Shown: piece by piece, positions 53,142 through 64,000 of the stretch
How the letters are laid out: each line of letters starts with the position of its first letter
How positions within the stretch are numbered: position 1 is the first letter of the stretch
Assembly: GCA_019973935.1 (NCBI GenBank)
Contig: BMAU01016994.1
Location: forward strand, 944,762 to 1,008,761
DNA: 64,000 bases
Source: Trichonephila clavipes
Taxonomy: Eukaryota
Reading direction: 5' to 3'
The notes under the pieces: generated by a model
The model's input: the letters and a program-made list of their open reading frames with translations, nothing else
Databases searched by the model: none
Told to the model about the DNA's origin: nothing
Translations under genes and position numbers: made by a program

Positions 53142-53989
53142 CTTAACACGCATTACTGGCTGAATTTTTTTCTTTTTTAAGTAAAAAGATAGGTCTATGG
53201 GGTATTTTTGAAAAAAGAATTTCTAGGCTTCAGTAAATTTAGGCACCACAAGAATTAAAGTCAGAAAGTTCATATTAAAAAATGTTTCGCTTTCCTTAAT
53301 GAGAACTTAGAAGATATTATCTATGACGAAAGCAACAGTTGGGATTTCATCTAGCTACCTACATATCTTTGATAATTCAGTTAACATTGGTGAGTTGTAT
53401 TTTTAAGCATTTCACTAAATACAGGGCTCTCAAACAGCTTACGCTCAACAAATAATGGCCTAATTCGAGCTTTTGATTCAAAGCATTTAAACTTGATTCT
53501 GTTCCTATTTTGGAGGCTGAATTTCTCTCTGGAGAAATTTAATCTAAAAATAAGCATCTTATCGACAATACTGCCTTCCTTATTAAGGCAGACATAGTAC
53601 TGATATTTTTTATATGGACTTTTATTGCAAGTAAGTGTTGATTTCACTCATATTTTCTTCAAATTTCTTTGTTGTTGTAACAACTTTTAAATACCAAAAG
53701 AAGGCAGCATATAATTGCCTACTGCATCGAAACTCAATCCTTCAATATTTGCTTCCTCCTCCAGTGTTTGTCAGTCCTACTTGCTGGTGGACTTGCATTC
53801 ATCCAGTATTTGAATAAGTTGGGTTTCTTTTGAAAGAAATTTAATTGGAGCAGATCCTTATAGAGTGAGTGACATAAAGAGACTTTCCATTTTGTAAAAA
53901 AGAAAACTGAGGATTCTCTCTCTCCGGGGTGATCTCTCTACTATGCCTGACTCCTATCCACTGCGGCATATCCACAATTTTTCATTGGA

Positions 53990-54400
53990 TCTTGCCGATA
54001 AAACAATTTTTTAAAAAATTGAGCTGGTAGAAGCATATCATCATATACCAATTGAGCCTAAAGATATCCATAAAACTAATTATCGCGCCTATTGATCTTT
54101 CCGAGTATGCGCAAATGCCAATAGGCCTTCATAATGCTACCTAAAGTTTTCGGGTTTATAGATGAGGTTTCGCGGGATATCCATGGGCATATATGCTTAC
54201 TTGGACGATTTGTTAATAGCTTTAAGTGATGAGGATTCCCTTAAATTGGATCTTGAAAAAGAGTTTTCCATGGTTTGTGCAGCATTATAATACTGTCATA
54301 AATCTGGAGAAATGTGTTTGGTCCGAAAAAGTTAGATTTTCTTGTCATTTCCATGGGTATTAATCCTTTACAACAAAGAGGTCGAGCTTTGCTAAATTGT
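53990..54400 (+). pseudogene. LTR-retrotransposon reverse-transcriptase fragment (degraded)
   Basis: The plus-strand translation gives ..VEAYHHIPIEPKDIHKT..FRVCANANRP.. and ..YAYLDDLLIALSDEDS..LEKCVW.. , which is the RT palm with the Y.DD motif. Stops and frameshifts interrupt it. Confidence 0.45.
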
Positions 54401-54565
54401 TCTCTGCCATAAGGGAACGTTGTACCCTAATAGTCATGAACTTGTGACCCAATTTTTCGAGCCTTGGTGCTAGACAAAAGAAACAGGGTTGCCAAACTTC
54501 GAATCTCTACGTCTAATAGTTCTGGAGATATCATGCTGAGCGAATGAGTCGCTTTTTTCATTTAA

Positions 54566-54566
<1 letters not shown>

Positions 54567-54598
<32 letters not shown>
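54567..54598. repeat. (AT)n microsatellite
   Basis: An uninterrupted atatat run is visible. Confidence 0.95.
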
Positions 54599-54600
<2 letters not shown>

Positions 54601-55439
54601 AAGAAAAACGTTTCGTTCTCTCATTCATCACGAGGTCTGTAAAACTACTAGACCTAGATACTTGAAATTTGGCAAATATATTTCTTTCCTTTCGTTTGCT
54701 AAGAGCGAGATTGGGGAAATCAACTGCCGAGGGGCATGCAATGAACGTTATAGCTTTAAAAAATTCTCCCTCCTCCTCTTTTTATTTAAATTATTTGCTA
54801 AGAAAGATTTAACGGATATCGACTCAAGGGGTTCGGGGATTACAGGGGCGTATAGATAGAAAAATTCCCGTTTTGGAACTAGTAGACCTTCAGACTTGAA
54901 ACCGAGTAGGATTGTCTCCTTTGCTGCGAACAGATCCACTAAATATCTGTTTTGCGAAAATCATCATCCTAGGAGGAGTGTTACGCTGACGAAAAAGGTA
55001 AAAAAGACAGGACTTGAATTGAAATATATTTAACTTAAGTGCCAAGGGCTGCATCAAGTTGATCGATGAAAACAATGGCAAATAATGACTGGTATGTCAG
55101 TCTTTTGGTGGAAAAGACAGGAACCGCACATCAGGCAACATATGGCAACCAGACGACAAGTATCATGGTATACTGTGGCCAGACGTCTTCTATAAGGTGG
55201 CTTATTCGCTCGTCATTTTGAACGATGCATGCCACTAAGAGCAGCCCATTGGTGGTATTTCTTACAGTGGTGTCAAGAATACAAAGACTGGGCATCTTAT
55301 CAACAAAATTACGTTCTACTTAATGATGAATCATTTCATTCCGAACAATTATTTTGAGTGGCAGCTGATATGGATGTAGGTAGGAATACAACTACATCCC
55401 ACTAAAATCAGGGAAAGAGCATATTAGGGGTGTGGAGAG

Positions 55440-55860
55440 GCATTATCTATTGAATGAACGAAAGGAGCTCCGTATTTTCGACAGTGGCTCTCTTACCGGA
55501 GATTGTTATAAAGGGGAAATTATCCTCTCACTCGTGTGTCTGTTCCGAGGTGCAATGGGGGCAGATTTTTTATTTTTGTCGATGCCAATACACGTCGTTC
55601 TCACAGGTCCTCTGCTTTTGAGGAGCTTCTACAAAGTGAAAATATCTTCAGAATGAATTGGCCAGTGTACACTACTGATTTAAATCCCATTGAACATGTA
55701 AGTGCTCCGGAGAGTCCCAGACAGCTGAATCAGATTGTCTTTGAAAAATGGCACCTCTTACCTCAAGAACTACTGCATAATTTGGTATTTAGAATGAAAA
55801 AAGGGCGTCATGTATCCTTTGCAGTTAGAGGAGGTCATATCCCTTTCTAAGGGACATTAA
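55440..55860 (+). pseudogene. Tc1-like transposase fragment (C-terminal third)
   Basis: The plus strand gives FRGAMGADFLF..VDANTRRSHRSSAFEELLQSENIFRMNWPVYTTDLNPIEHV..FEKWHLLPQELLHNLVFRMKKGRHVSFAVRGGHIP. This is the same family as the minus-strand copy at 56290-57033. Confidence 0.7.
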
Positions 55861-56289
55861 TTTGTTCTTCCTCATGACAAAATGTTTTTTTATCACCATT
55901 CTATCAAATACTTTCTTTGCTTTATTCCGTAATTTTTTTAGTATAACTAATTTTTTGTCTACCAACCTTAAAGTGTTACATTGTGACTCTGTAGTGGGAA
56001 TTTCGTGTTACCCAGTGGATTTTTTTGGAATTACGAAACATTCTGGAAAGTCACTTAAGTTTTGTACGCTGATGTATATCTTGGTATTTAAATTTTCATA
56101 TACACTCATGTCCATAAAGGATAATGAAGTTCAGGCAAAGAAAGAGACAGAAGCAAAACAAATTTGACTTATTTGTAAAGTCTATTTATTAAACAAAAGG
56201 TAAAGAGCAAAAAAGATGCTATATGTTTGACATAATTAATAAAAATTGCGATTTTTACTCCCTGGAGCAAATTTCGCAAAAGAACCTAT

Positions 56290-57033
56290 TAACAAAAAAC
56301 AGTAGTATAATGGTTAGTATAATGGTTAATACGGAGTATGTCTCCCGGACGATGCAATACAGGCCTTACAACGCCTAGGCATGCTGAGTATCAAATTATC
56401 AATCTGATCTTGGGGAATATTACACCACTCATCAAGCAATGCCCTCCGAAGTTCTGGTAGACAGGTGGGAGGGGGTTGACGGGCTGCAATTCGTCGGCCA
56501 AGCATACCCTACACATGCTCTAGTGGATTCAAGTCCGGTGAGTATGCTGGCTAATCCATACGGGTGATATCCTCCGATTGAAGGCATTCGTCTACAATGT
56601 TTGTACGGTGAGGACGGGCGTTGTCATCCATAAACAGAAATTCAGCAGCCATGGCGCCCCGAAACAAACGTACATGTTGTTCCAGAATGACATCCCGATA
56701 GATGTGGTCTGCCATCGTTACACTCTGAAGATGCAGGTCAGTTCTGGAACCAAGAATAATTCCTCCCCAAACGAGCCAACCTGTACCACCGTAACGGTGT
56801 CGTTCAATTGTGTTCTCTTGGTGGTAACGGGTACCTGGCGCTCTCCATATTAAAGTCCGGCGAGAATCAGACTGCAAACAAAACCTGGACTCTTCGGAAA
56901 ACATCACACAAGACCACTGTTGTGGTGTCCACAATACATGCTCTCTACTCCAGATTAATTGGAGGTGACAGTGAGTTGTGGTAAGTGGAACACATCTGAC
57001 AGGCCTACGAGTATATAGACCAGTGCTTCTCAA
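56290..57033 (-). pseudogene. Tc1-like transposase (DDE domain through the C-terminus), 5'-truncated
   Basis: The minus-strand ORF 56551-57033 gives ..EHVLWTPQQWSCVMFSEESRFCLQSD..LVWGGI..FMDDNARPHRT.. The C-terminal ..MPRRCKACIASSGRHTPY lies in the adjacent frame at 56290-56550. The expected N-terminal ~100 aa are absent, and a CAGTG MITE end starts at 57033. Confidence 0.75.
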
Positions 57034-57090
57034 ACTGTGGGGTGAGCCCCCCTGGGGGGCACGAGCATATCGAAAATAAAAGATTTAAAA
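57033..57090 (+). repeat. Left terminus of a Tc1-type MITE (cagtgcttctcaaactgtggggtgagcccccctggggggcacgag)
   Basis: It starts with CAGTG and matches 10636-10700. The right end was not identified. Confidence 0.4.
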
Positions 57091-59379
57091 AATAATTAGT
57101 TTACTGGAATGAATTAAAACAAAATACTTTCAGACATAATAAAAAATGCACTTTTACTCTGATATAATTTATAGGCGATATTCACCCTCTAACCGGATAG
57201 CACGGAAAATTCCGTCAGTGTAAAGATGCTTCGAAAATGCACTGCACGGATTTTTCTGCCTTCAAGTAACGTTTTCAAAAGCGGATTAGCCGCAATTTTC
57301 TGAAATCCTTTCCCCCTTTTAAAGGTTTAACATCTTGAAAGATAATTGGGGACGGTGGAAGCAACACAGCAGGACACTAATAGGAAGTTTTATGGCTCGC
57401 AGGAAACCCCGTGTTTTGACCCTGGGGCAATCGTAAAAAATCGAGGGGAAATTTCTTTAGACCCCAGGAAGTGTTTATTTGTTACCTCGTTTTTTAAAAG
57501 TTTTGTAAAGTCCCAACGCATAAGTAAAATATGTTACAATTCCCTTTTGGTTTCATATTAATTTGAAACTGTAACAAGTTGGGGCGTGTCAGTGCAATCT
57601 GCTATTTTATATAGATAGACAAATTATCTTTTTTTAAGTATATTCTTTCGCTTCATTTTTCTTATTTTAATCAAAGCTTTCAGTTTTTGAAACATGATTA
57701 TTTTATTATAAGATACCGAAAAAATTAAAACACCAAACACTTTAAAATTTGAAACCTTTTCAATTTTCCAACCACTCTAAAAATGAATAAATTTAAACTT
57801 CATCAAATCATTTGAAACATTTTCTTACACTTTGATAAAAATAATAACGAAAAAAAAAATAATTAAGATTTATTAGTTTTTTTTTTTAGATTTCAAAGCC
57901 CAAGTGTTCAGGGAAGTTTAAGTACAGTGCCTAGTTACATATTGTTAAAATACACCGAATTATATTTGAATTTTAAGTGCTTGAACTTCAGTTTACATCA
58001 AAGACAACATGAATGAAGATTTTCACACATTTTTTTTATAACTTGAATGCTTGAATAAATGGTAATATCAAAAATATACGGAAACATTTACAGTAGACAT
58101 TTATGCATATACATAAACATAAAAATCAATTTTAAATTCGAGCTATTCAAAAACATTCGAATTATTGTTCAAAAATATCTATTTATACAAAATACCTCTC
58201 AACATTTATCTTTTTTAAAGGCTAACTGAATAAGTAATTAAAATCTGGATATTTTTTGAAATCTCGACCGTATAAAGCTAGAAATTTTATGTTAGAAATT
58301 CCATTTGAAATTTCGAAAAAAAAAATGCATCGCGCAGTTAAAAATTATTTAAAAGTTTTAGCAATTGTTTGAGTATAATAAAAATTTCAAATTTTTTATT
58401 ATATAGCTTCTTTGGTATCTTTTAATATATTTCGATTTCATACAATTCAGTTAAAAACTGCATGCTAAGAGCAAAAAATATACTAAAACAATTGATGAAT
58501 ATTCAATTACAATAAATTCTTACATAGAAGCAAAACTGAGAAGCTAAAGCGTAGGAATGAAAAATTTTGAGTATATCTGAAGTAGTTTTCGAAATATTTA
58601 TTTTAAAGTTCAGAAAATTTGTGTGCGTTATGTTATACTTAATATTAATTAAATGGTTAAAATAATATGTTAATACTAGTCATGTAATCGTTTGATGACA
58701 CATTCATATACTAATAAAAATTATCATGGTCATTGATGCAAATGTCAAGAATTTTATGTAATTTTAAATTCAGACATTAAGATATTGATGTAGAAAATAT
58801 AAAACGACCATCTAAAATACATAAAAAATGCAGTCTGCTATAAAATGATCTTGACAAACAAAATCCGGCATTTTCACTTACTATGGCAGAGCCGGCTTAG
58901 TCAGGTGCGATCTGGAAAAACAGAGAGAACCGCGGTTTTGATGGATGCCGCTCTAGCTTTTAAAGTTCCCAGGAAAAATTATATATATATAAATTACAAA
59001 TGCAAAAAGAAATCTTGTAATTTTCCATACATTTTTATAACAACGAATTGTGGAATTGGCTTCCAATGCATTGTTGCGTTTGACTATATGTAAGGTAACC
59101 AACCCTACTTTAGATAGATTTGTACTACTTTTTCGTAACCATATTCCTTTTAAAATTAATTCGTGCAGCTGAAATACACCTTTTGCACCTTAAAAATTTA
59201 TGTAACATATAACGAATTTTAATTTATGCAACTTGTGAAACGTTCATAATTAACCATTTCCGTCTAAACAGTTTACATGAAAAAAAAAAGTTTGGACTCC
59301 CTCATTCATTAGGGATTTATATAAGATTCTAACATTAAATTTTATTTTTCACCGAATAGGATCGAGTGGTAGTGTATAG

Positions 59380-59690
59380 TGTTTCCACACCACAGGTCTG
59401 GGGCTCTATTAACGGGCTGCGCAAGGTCGACTCTGCCTTTCATCCCCGCTACATTGGATCGATAAAGGAGTACCAAGCTTGCTTCGGGTCTTAAAGACTG
59501 AAGGTCTCTCTTCAGACAGACCACCAAATCGGGACATCTGTTCATGCACCTCAGCGTCCAATGGTCACGTGTATTATGATGGGCACAGTAGTTCCTGGCC
59601 CTCATGGATTGTTGTGCCACTGAGTTTGAGTCTTAAGTTTGAGGATTACCTCACTTTGGGGATACCCCTTAGATAAACATGTATTTCCAC
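59380..59690 (-). repeat. GC-richer repeat-like block, possibly a SINE or other retroposon
   Basis: It is an isolated ~45% GC block with no long clean ORF and some tRNA-like stems. The evidence is weak. Confidence 0.2.
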
Positions 59691-62205
59691 TCATTTGCAA
59701 TTAAACATTTTTCTTTCAATTACGTTTATTTCAGAAGGAAGTTTTATTTTTCAAATGTATGTGCTTAATAACATGTATATTTGTGTATTATATTAAACAT
59801 TTGATCAATCCAAAATTACATATTTTTAGCTCCTCTAAAAGCTTTTAGGATTTTACAACTGATCTTACAATCCATATACGTTTTATAGTAGTATATTTAA
59901 AAATGATAAAGAGACATTTTTACGATTGTGTGAGCTTTTATGCCTCGTTTATAAATATAAAAAATTGCATTCAGCTACAGTTTTTAAAATGTACTGAAAT
60001 AAGTGGAGGAATAGGATATTTACATATTATGAATATTTTTGACTGCAGTAAGATATATTTATATTTCAGTTTCTTTACAATTTGAATAGAAGTTGTAAGC
60101 TACATTTTGCGAATAGTTTGATATTGAGTATAAACCCATAGGCTGTTTAATATTGTAAAGTGTTTTACTTTGATACCAGCACACATTAAAATAAGACTCA
60201 TTTGCAGTTATATGATCAGCCTCAGTGATATTTAAATCTTCAAAAATAGTCTAAACGCGCGCGCGTACGAAAACATTCTTTCACAACCGCACACCACATC
60301 TCTCTCTCATACTATATCTTCCCTACAGCAGGAAATATTTGTGTATACTGAAAATTTAATACAGGATACATTTTCAAGTGTTAAATTTTTTTAAAAAATT
60401 TGGTATGAATACATTGTGGAACTGTCGATTAACTTCACTGAACAAAATTGTTTTAAGTGTACTGTTTTTTGAAAGACAAAATTACTAAGGGAGAACTTTT
60501 CTCACAATAGAATTTGTAATGACTGAATTGTATGAAAATGTAGCTACGATGTGTGACATTTTTCCTTGTAATAAAAGAAACAGAAAGATAAGAAATTTAA
60601 CTTGAGTAGAAAATGGTTAGAAGTGCTGTCATGCGCATTTGAAGAAGTATATCCCCCATTAAAATTAAAAATTATTGACTGAATGTGTGTTATGTCCATC
60701 ACAAATGCCGATGTAGAAAATGAATTTTTATTTAATACAAGAAGTTCGAAAAGGCGAACACTAGGAAGGAAAATTTAAATTCTTTCCGAAAAATATTCAG
60801 TTAACATAAAAATATCTTTTATATGATTTTAATTAAAATAAATTAAAAGTATTGAGATCCTTTTTTATGCTATTTTAAATTAAAAATATAACTGAATAGA
60901 GAAAGATCGGTTTTATTTCATAAATATAATCATCGTATGTATATCACCGTATGTACCAGTTATTGTGTTATTGTTTAAAAAATGAGATAGGGCCTTTGCT
61001 CTTTTTACCTCATTACTTTTTTTAAAAAACAGGAAAGTGAGCGCGTTTTCTTACTCTCATATTCAAAAATGAATACAGGATGCTTTTTTCTGGTTCAAAT
61101 CGCAATACCAAATATATATATATATATATATTTTAATTTTTAAAAAATGACAGAAAAATAAATTTTGTTTGAAGAAAATATAAATATTTTTCAATTTCTA
61201 GCATACTATTTATTTCATTTTTTCCTTTTTTTTTTACCCTGCATTTTGTTTTAATTTTACTGTGACTGAACATATAGGAGAAAGAAACACCGAATTCCAC
61301 TACAGCTATCAAAGAAGATTGCCCAAGGCAACTTAACAGCTAGCGTTAAACGATTGATCTCTTGGTTCTTACTTGACAAAGGAACCGAACTAGGTCATAA
61401 AATTGTCCCCGTTCGACCTCCCAAGTTCTAAAAGGGGGAAAGGAAAGAAGTCTGTTGCATTTTTAAAGCGAACTTCAAAATAAGAGTTAAACGCTTTCCG
61501 AATAATTTTTCAGGAGGAAGGTATCCACTTAGAGGGTTAAGCCATCAAAAATAAAAACTTCTTCAATACCTAATTAGCTATCTTTGATCCTATAACCAAA
61601 TAAAAAACTTTTATTTGATTTACTGTCATCCCGTGATCAGAGATTTTTTTATTACGCTTTTTTTACCCTAACATACTACTCTTTCAGAGAAAAACCAGAT
61701 CCCGGACCCAGAATCGAAAAACTTTAGGAACATAAAAAATTAATCACTGTCATTATTTTTGAAATACTGCACATTATAGCTGTAATCTGTTTGACCTTCT
61801 AAGTTATTGGTACAGTTAGTTATGACCCCTCTCTTACGTGTTCTCTGTTGCGCTTTTTTTCATGCAAAAGAGTTTTATGATATTTGGAAAACCACGGAGA
61901 GAGAGAGAGAGCACACACACTATCTCATAAAGGATTACTTGGCCAAGACATATTTTTATAAATATTCTCAATGTATAAAGCATAACGAAAAACGTTTCAC
62001 ACAATTTTTTAGCAGTAACATATGCCGCGTTGCGTGGTTAGACATTCTTCACTACAACACGGTTGAATTAAATAACAATAAACATTTATTAACTTTAAAG
62101 ATTAAACGAGCAATTAAGAGGTAAACTTCTAAAAACTACAACACATGGTGAATCAGGCACGCTACAAGCTGAGCTGTAAGGTCGCTGCATACTCCCCTTC
62201 CAGTG

Positions 62206-63410
62206 TCAACGATACCTAGTTGGAAGATGAACTTTGCGACCAGAACGTGTAGATGGCTGGGTAGGCGTTGAAGCTGTTGGATCAGATTCCACAGTAGCAG
62301 GTGTTGAAGCTGTTGCATTAGGTTCCACAGTAGCAGGTGTTTCATTCTTGGTTTGAGGTAGTTGAAAGTCCTCAGTGTTAAGAAAGAAGGCAGGTTTGCA
62401 TCTATCAATAGATACAGATACCCGTTTACCATTGATGTCAAGGAAAAACACTTTATCCTTCCTTTGTAAGACTTTGAAAGGGCCATCATAGGGTTGTTGA
62501 AGTGGACGACGTAACATGTCTCGGCGAAGAAAAACATGTGTTGCTTCCAACAGTCCTGGATGGATAAAAACTGGACGTTTGCCATGGTGTTTTGGTTGTT
62601 TAGGGTGAAGTGATTGCATGTGAGACTTAAGTTTCGAAACAAAATTCACAACATCATCGTCTGGCTTGGAAGAGTCAAACATCTCCCCTGGCAGTCGAAT
62701 AGTGGTCCCAAAAACTAATTCAGCTGGGGTACACAGAATATCTTCTTTAAGAGAAGCTCGTAGACCTAGTAAGATGATAGGGAGTACTTCTGTCCAACGC
62801 TCAGTAGCATGGCATTTGATTGCACTTTTCAATGGGCGGTGCAATTCTTCGATCATCCCATTAGCTTGAGGGTGGTATCCAGTTGTACGACACTTCTGAA
62901 CACCAAGTAGTTTGCTAAGAGCTTTGAAGAGCGAGGACTCAAACTGCCTGCCTCTGTCGGTTGTGAGAATTGCAGGAGTTCCAAAGCGAAACACCCAAGA
63001 GGAAAAAAGAAGGCCTCAGCCACAGTCTCAGCAGTTATGTCTTTGAGAGGTTGGGCCTCTGGCCATTTCGAAAAACGGTCAATCATTGTCAGGCAATAGG
63101 TGTAGCCATTTAATGGAGGTAGAGGTCCAATGAGATCCAGATGAACATGATCAAAACGTTGGGAAGGTTCTTGAAATGATGAAAGAGGTGATCTAGTATG
63201 ACGATGAATTTTGGATTTTTGACAAGCTAGGCAGTGTCTTGCCCACTTAGCTACATCTGATGAGATTGATGGCCAAACAAAATGCTGCTTCATCAAATGC
63301 ACTGATCGACGTATGCCAGGATGGGATAAATTATGCATAGCAGAGAAAACATCTTGGCGATGCTGTTTTGGGATGTAGGGTCTGGCTGTGCCCGTTGATA
63401 GATCACACAT
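62206..63410 (-). pseudogene. LTR-retrotransposon integrase (HHCC zinc finger, DDE core with DRG..YHPQANG, GPF/Y C-terminal motif), split by one frameshift
   Basis: ORF 62853-63410 gives H..H..C..C (HNLSHPGIRRSVHLMKQHFVWPSISSDVAKWARHCLACQKSK) and ..HVHLDLIGPLPP..TMIDRFSKWPEA. ORF 62206-62994 gives ..ILTTDRGRQFES..GYHPQANGMIEELHRPLK..YDGPFKVL. Confidence 0.85.
62267..62338. repeat. 36-bp tandem duplication inside the integrase C-terminus
   Basis: gttgaagctgttg(g/c)at.ag.ttccacagtagcaggt occurs twice in tandem. It encodes the repeated peptide TPATVE..TAS. Confidence 0.8.
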
Positions 63411-63436
63411 AATTTCAGTAGACGAATTGGGAAAAG

Positions 63437-64000
63437 TTACCTTTTGAGTTCCAAGGAAGTTCCAGATGCTATTAGGGTGTGAAGCTCCTGATCAGTCTGT
63501 TGTGTCTCAGCAATACAGTCATAGTCAATTTGACTTGGGAAGGTGATTGCAGAAACACGAGAGAGAACATCAGCAGCAATATTGTCAGATCCTGGAATGT
63601 GTACAATATTTGTGGTGAACTGAGAGATGAAATCCAGCTGACGGATCTGCCGTGGAGAACACTTGTCACTTTTTTGCCTAAAAGCATAAGTGAGGAGCTT
63701 GTGGTCAGTAAACACTGTGAAATCTCTAGCTTCCAGCATATACCGAAAGTGTCGGATAGCCGAGTAGATAGCAAGGAGTTCACGGTCGTAGGCACTGTAA
63801 GACTTTTCAGATGAAGTAAGTTTTCTGGAAAAGAAAGCCAATGGCTGTAACTCAGAGTCCACAACTTGGTGAAGTGCACCTCCTATGGCATAATCAGAGG
63901 CGTCCACATGAAGAGCAAGCGGGGCAGAAGGTGAAGGATGAGCAAGAAGTGCAGCATCAGCAAGAGCTTGTTTACACCTCTGAAATGCTGTAATTGCCTC
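63437..64000 (-). pseudogene. LTR-retrotransposon RNase H / RT C-terminus (Ty3/gypsy or BEL/Pao type), continuing beyond the window end
   Basis: The minus-strand ORF 63437-63907 gives ..DASDYAIGGALHQ..LAFFSRKLTSSEKSYSAYDRELLAIYSAIRHFRYMLEARDFTVFTDHKLLTYAF. The order RT, RNase H, integrase on the minus strand fits these families. Confidence 0.8.

Noticed and set aside
1-64000. A prokaryotic-style novel system (defence island, CRISPR array or operon)
   Set aside because: The sequence is eukaryotic. It has a spliced gene with GT-AG introns, SINEs and LINEs with TSDs, eukaryotic DNA-transposon families, about 30% GC and no operon-like ORF arrays. No CRISPR repeat-spacer structure is present.

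Overview
This window is AT-rich (roughly 30% GC) eukaryotic, most likely invertebrate metazoan, nuclear DNA. I found no prokaryotic-style operon, CRISPR array or defence island. The one clear host gene is a multi-exon Major Vault Protein (MVP) gene on the + strand. Thirteen coding exons run from 17655 to the stop at 46325, with GT-AG introns and consistent phases. They encode about 820 aa that are colinear with vertebrate MVP from the second vault repeat onward. The coding exon for the first ~45 aa (the first IPPYHY repeat) was not located in the window. Everything else is transposable-element material. A 6.2-kb non-LTR retrotransposon (2228-8460) is flanked by a 13-14 bp target-site duplication; it has a gag-like ORF1 with CCHC knuckles, and a ~1000-aa ORF2 (endonuclease, reverse transcriptase, RNase H) broken by a single in-frame TGA. 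A tRNA-headed SINE family with a (CAA)n tail has two copies (15961-16355, 26031-26416). An unrelated tRNA-derived SINE on the minus strand has a 12-bp TSD (19172-19525). A degraded piggyBac-like transposon (41151-43843, -) sits in an MVP intron and has a ~290-bp MITE-like derivative at 9790-10080. There are three mariner-like elements: 36526-37878, 15230-15955, and an internally deleted copy at 49640-50450. There are two Tc1-like transposase fragments (55440-55860 +, 56290-57033 -). Several Tc1-like MITEs begin with CAGTG. An unclassified TIR element lies at 51624-53141, and an RT fragment at 53990-54400. A Ty3/gypsy- or BEL/Pao-type pol (RNase H plus integrase, 62206-64000, -) runs off the window end. 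Simple repeats include (TA)n, (GT)n and (TTCAC)n. All coordinates and protein assignments come from reading the sequence and ORF track by eye against remembered family motifs. No database search was run.
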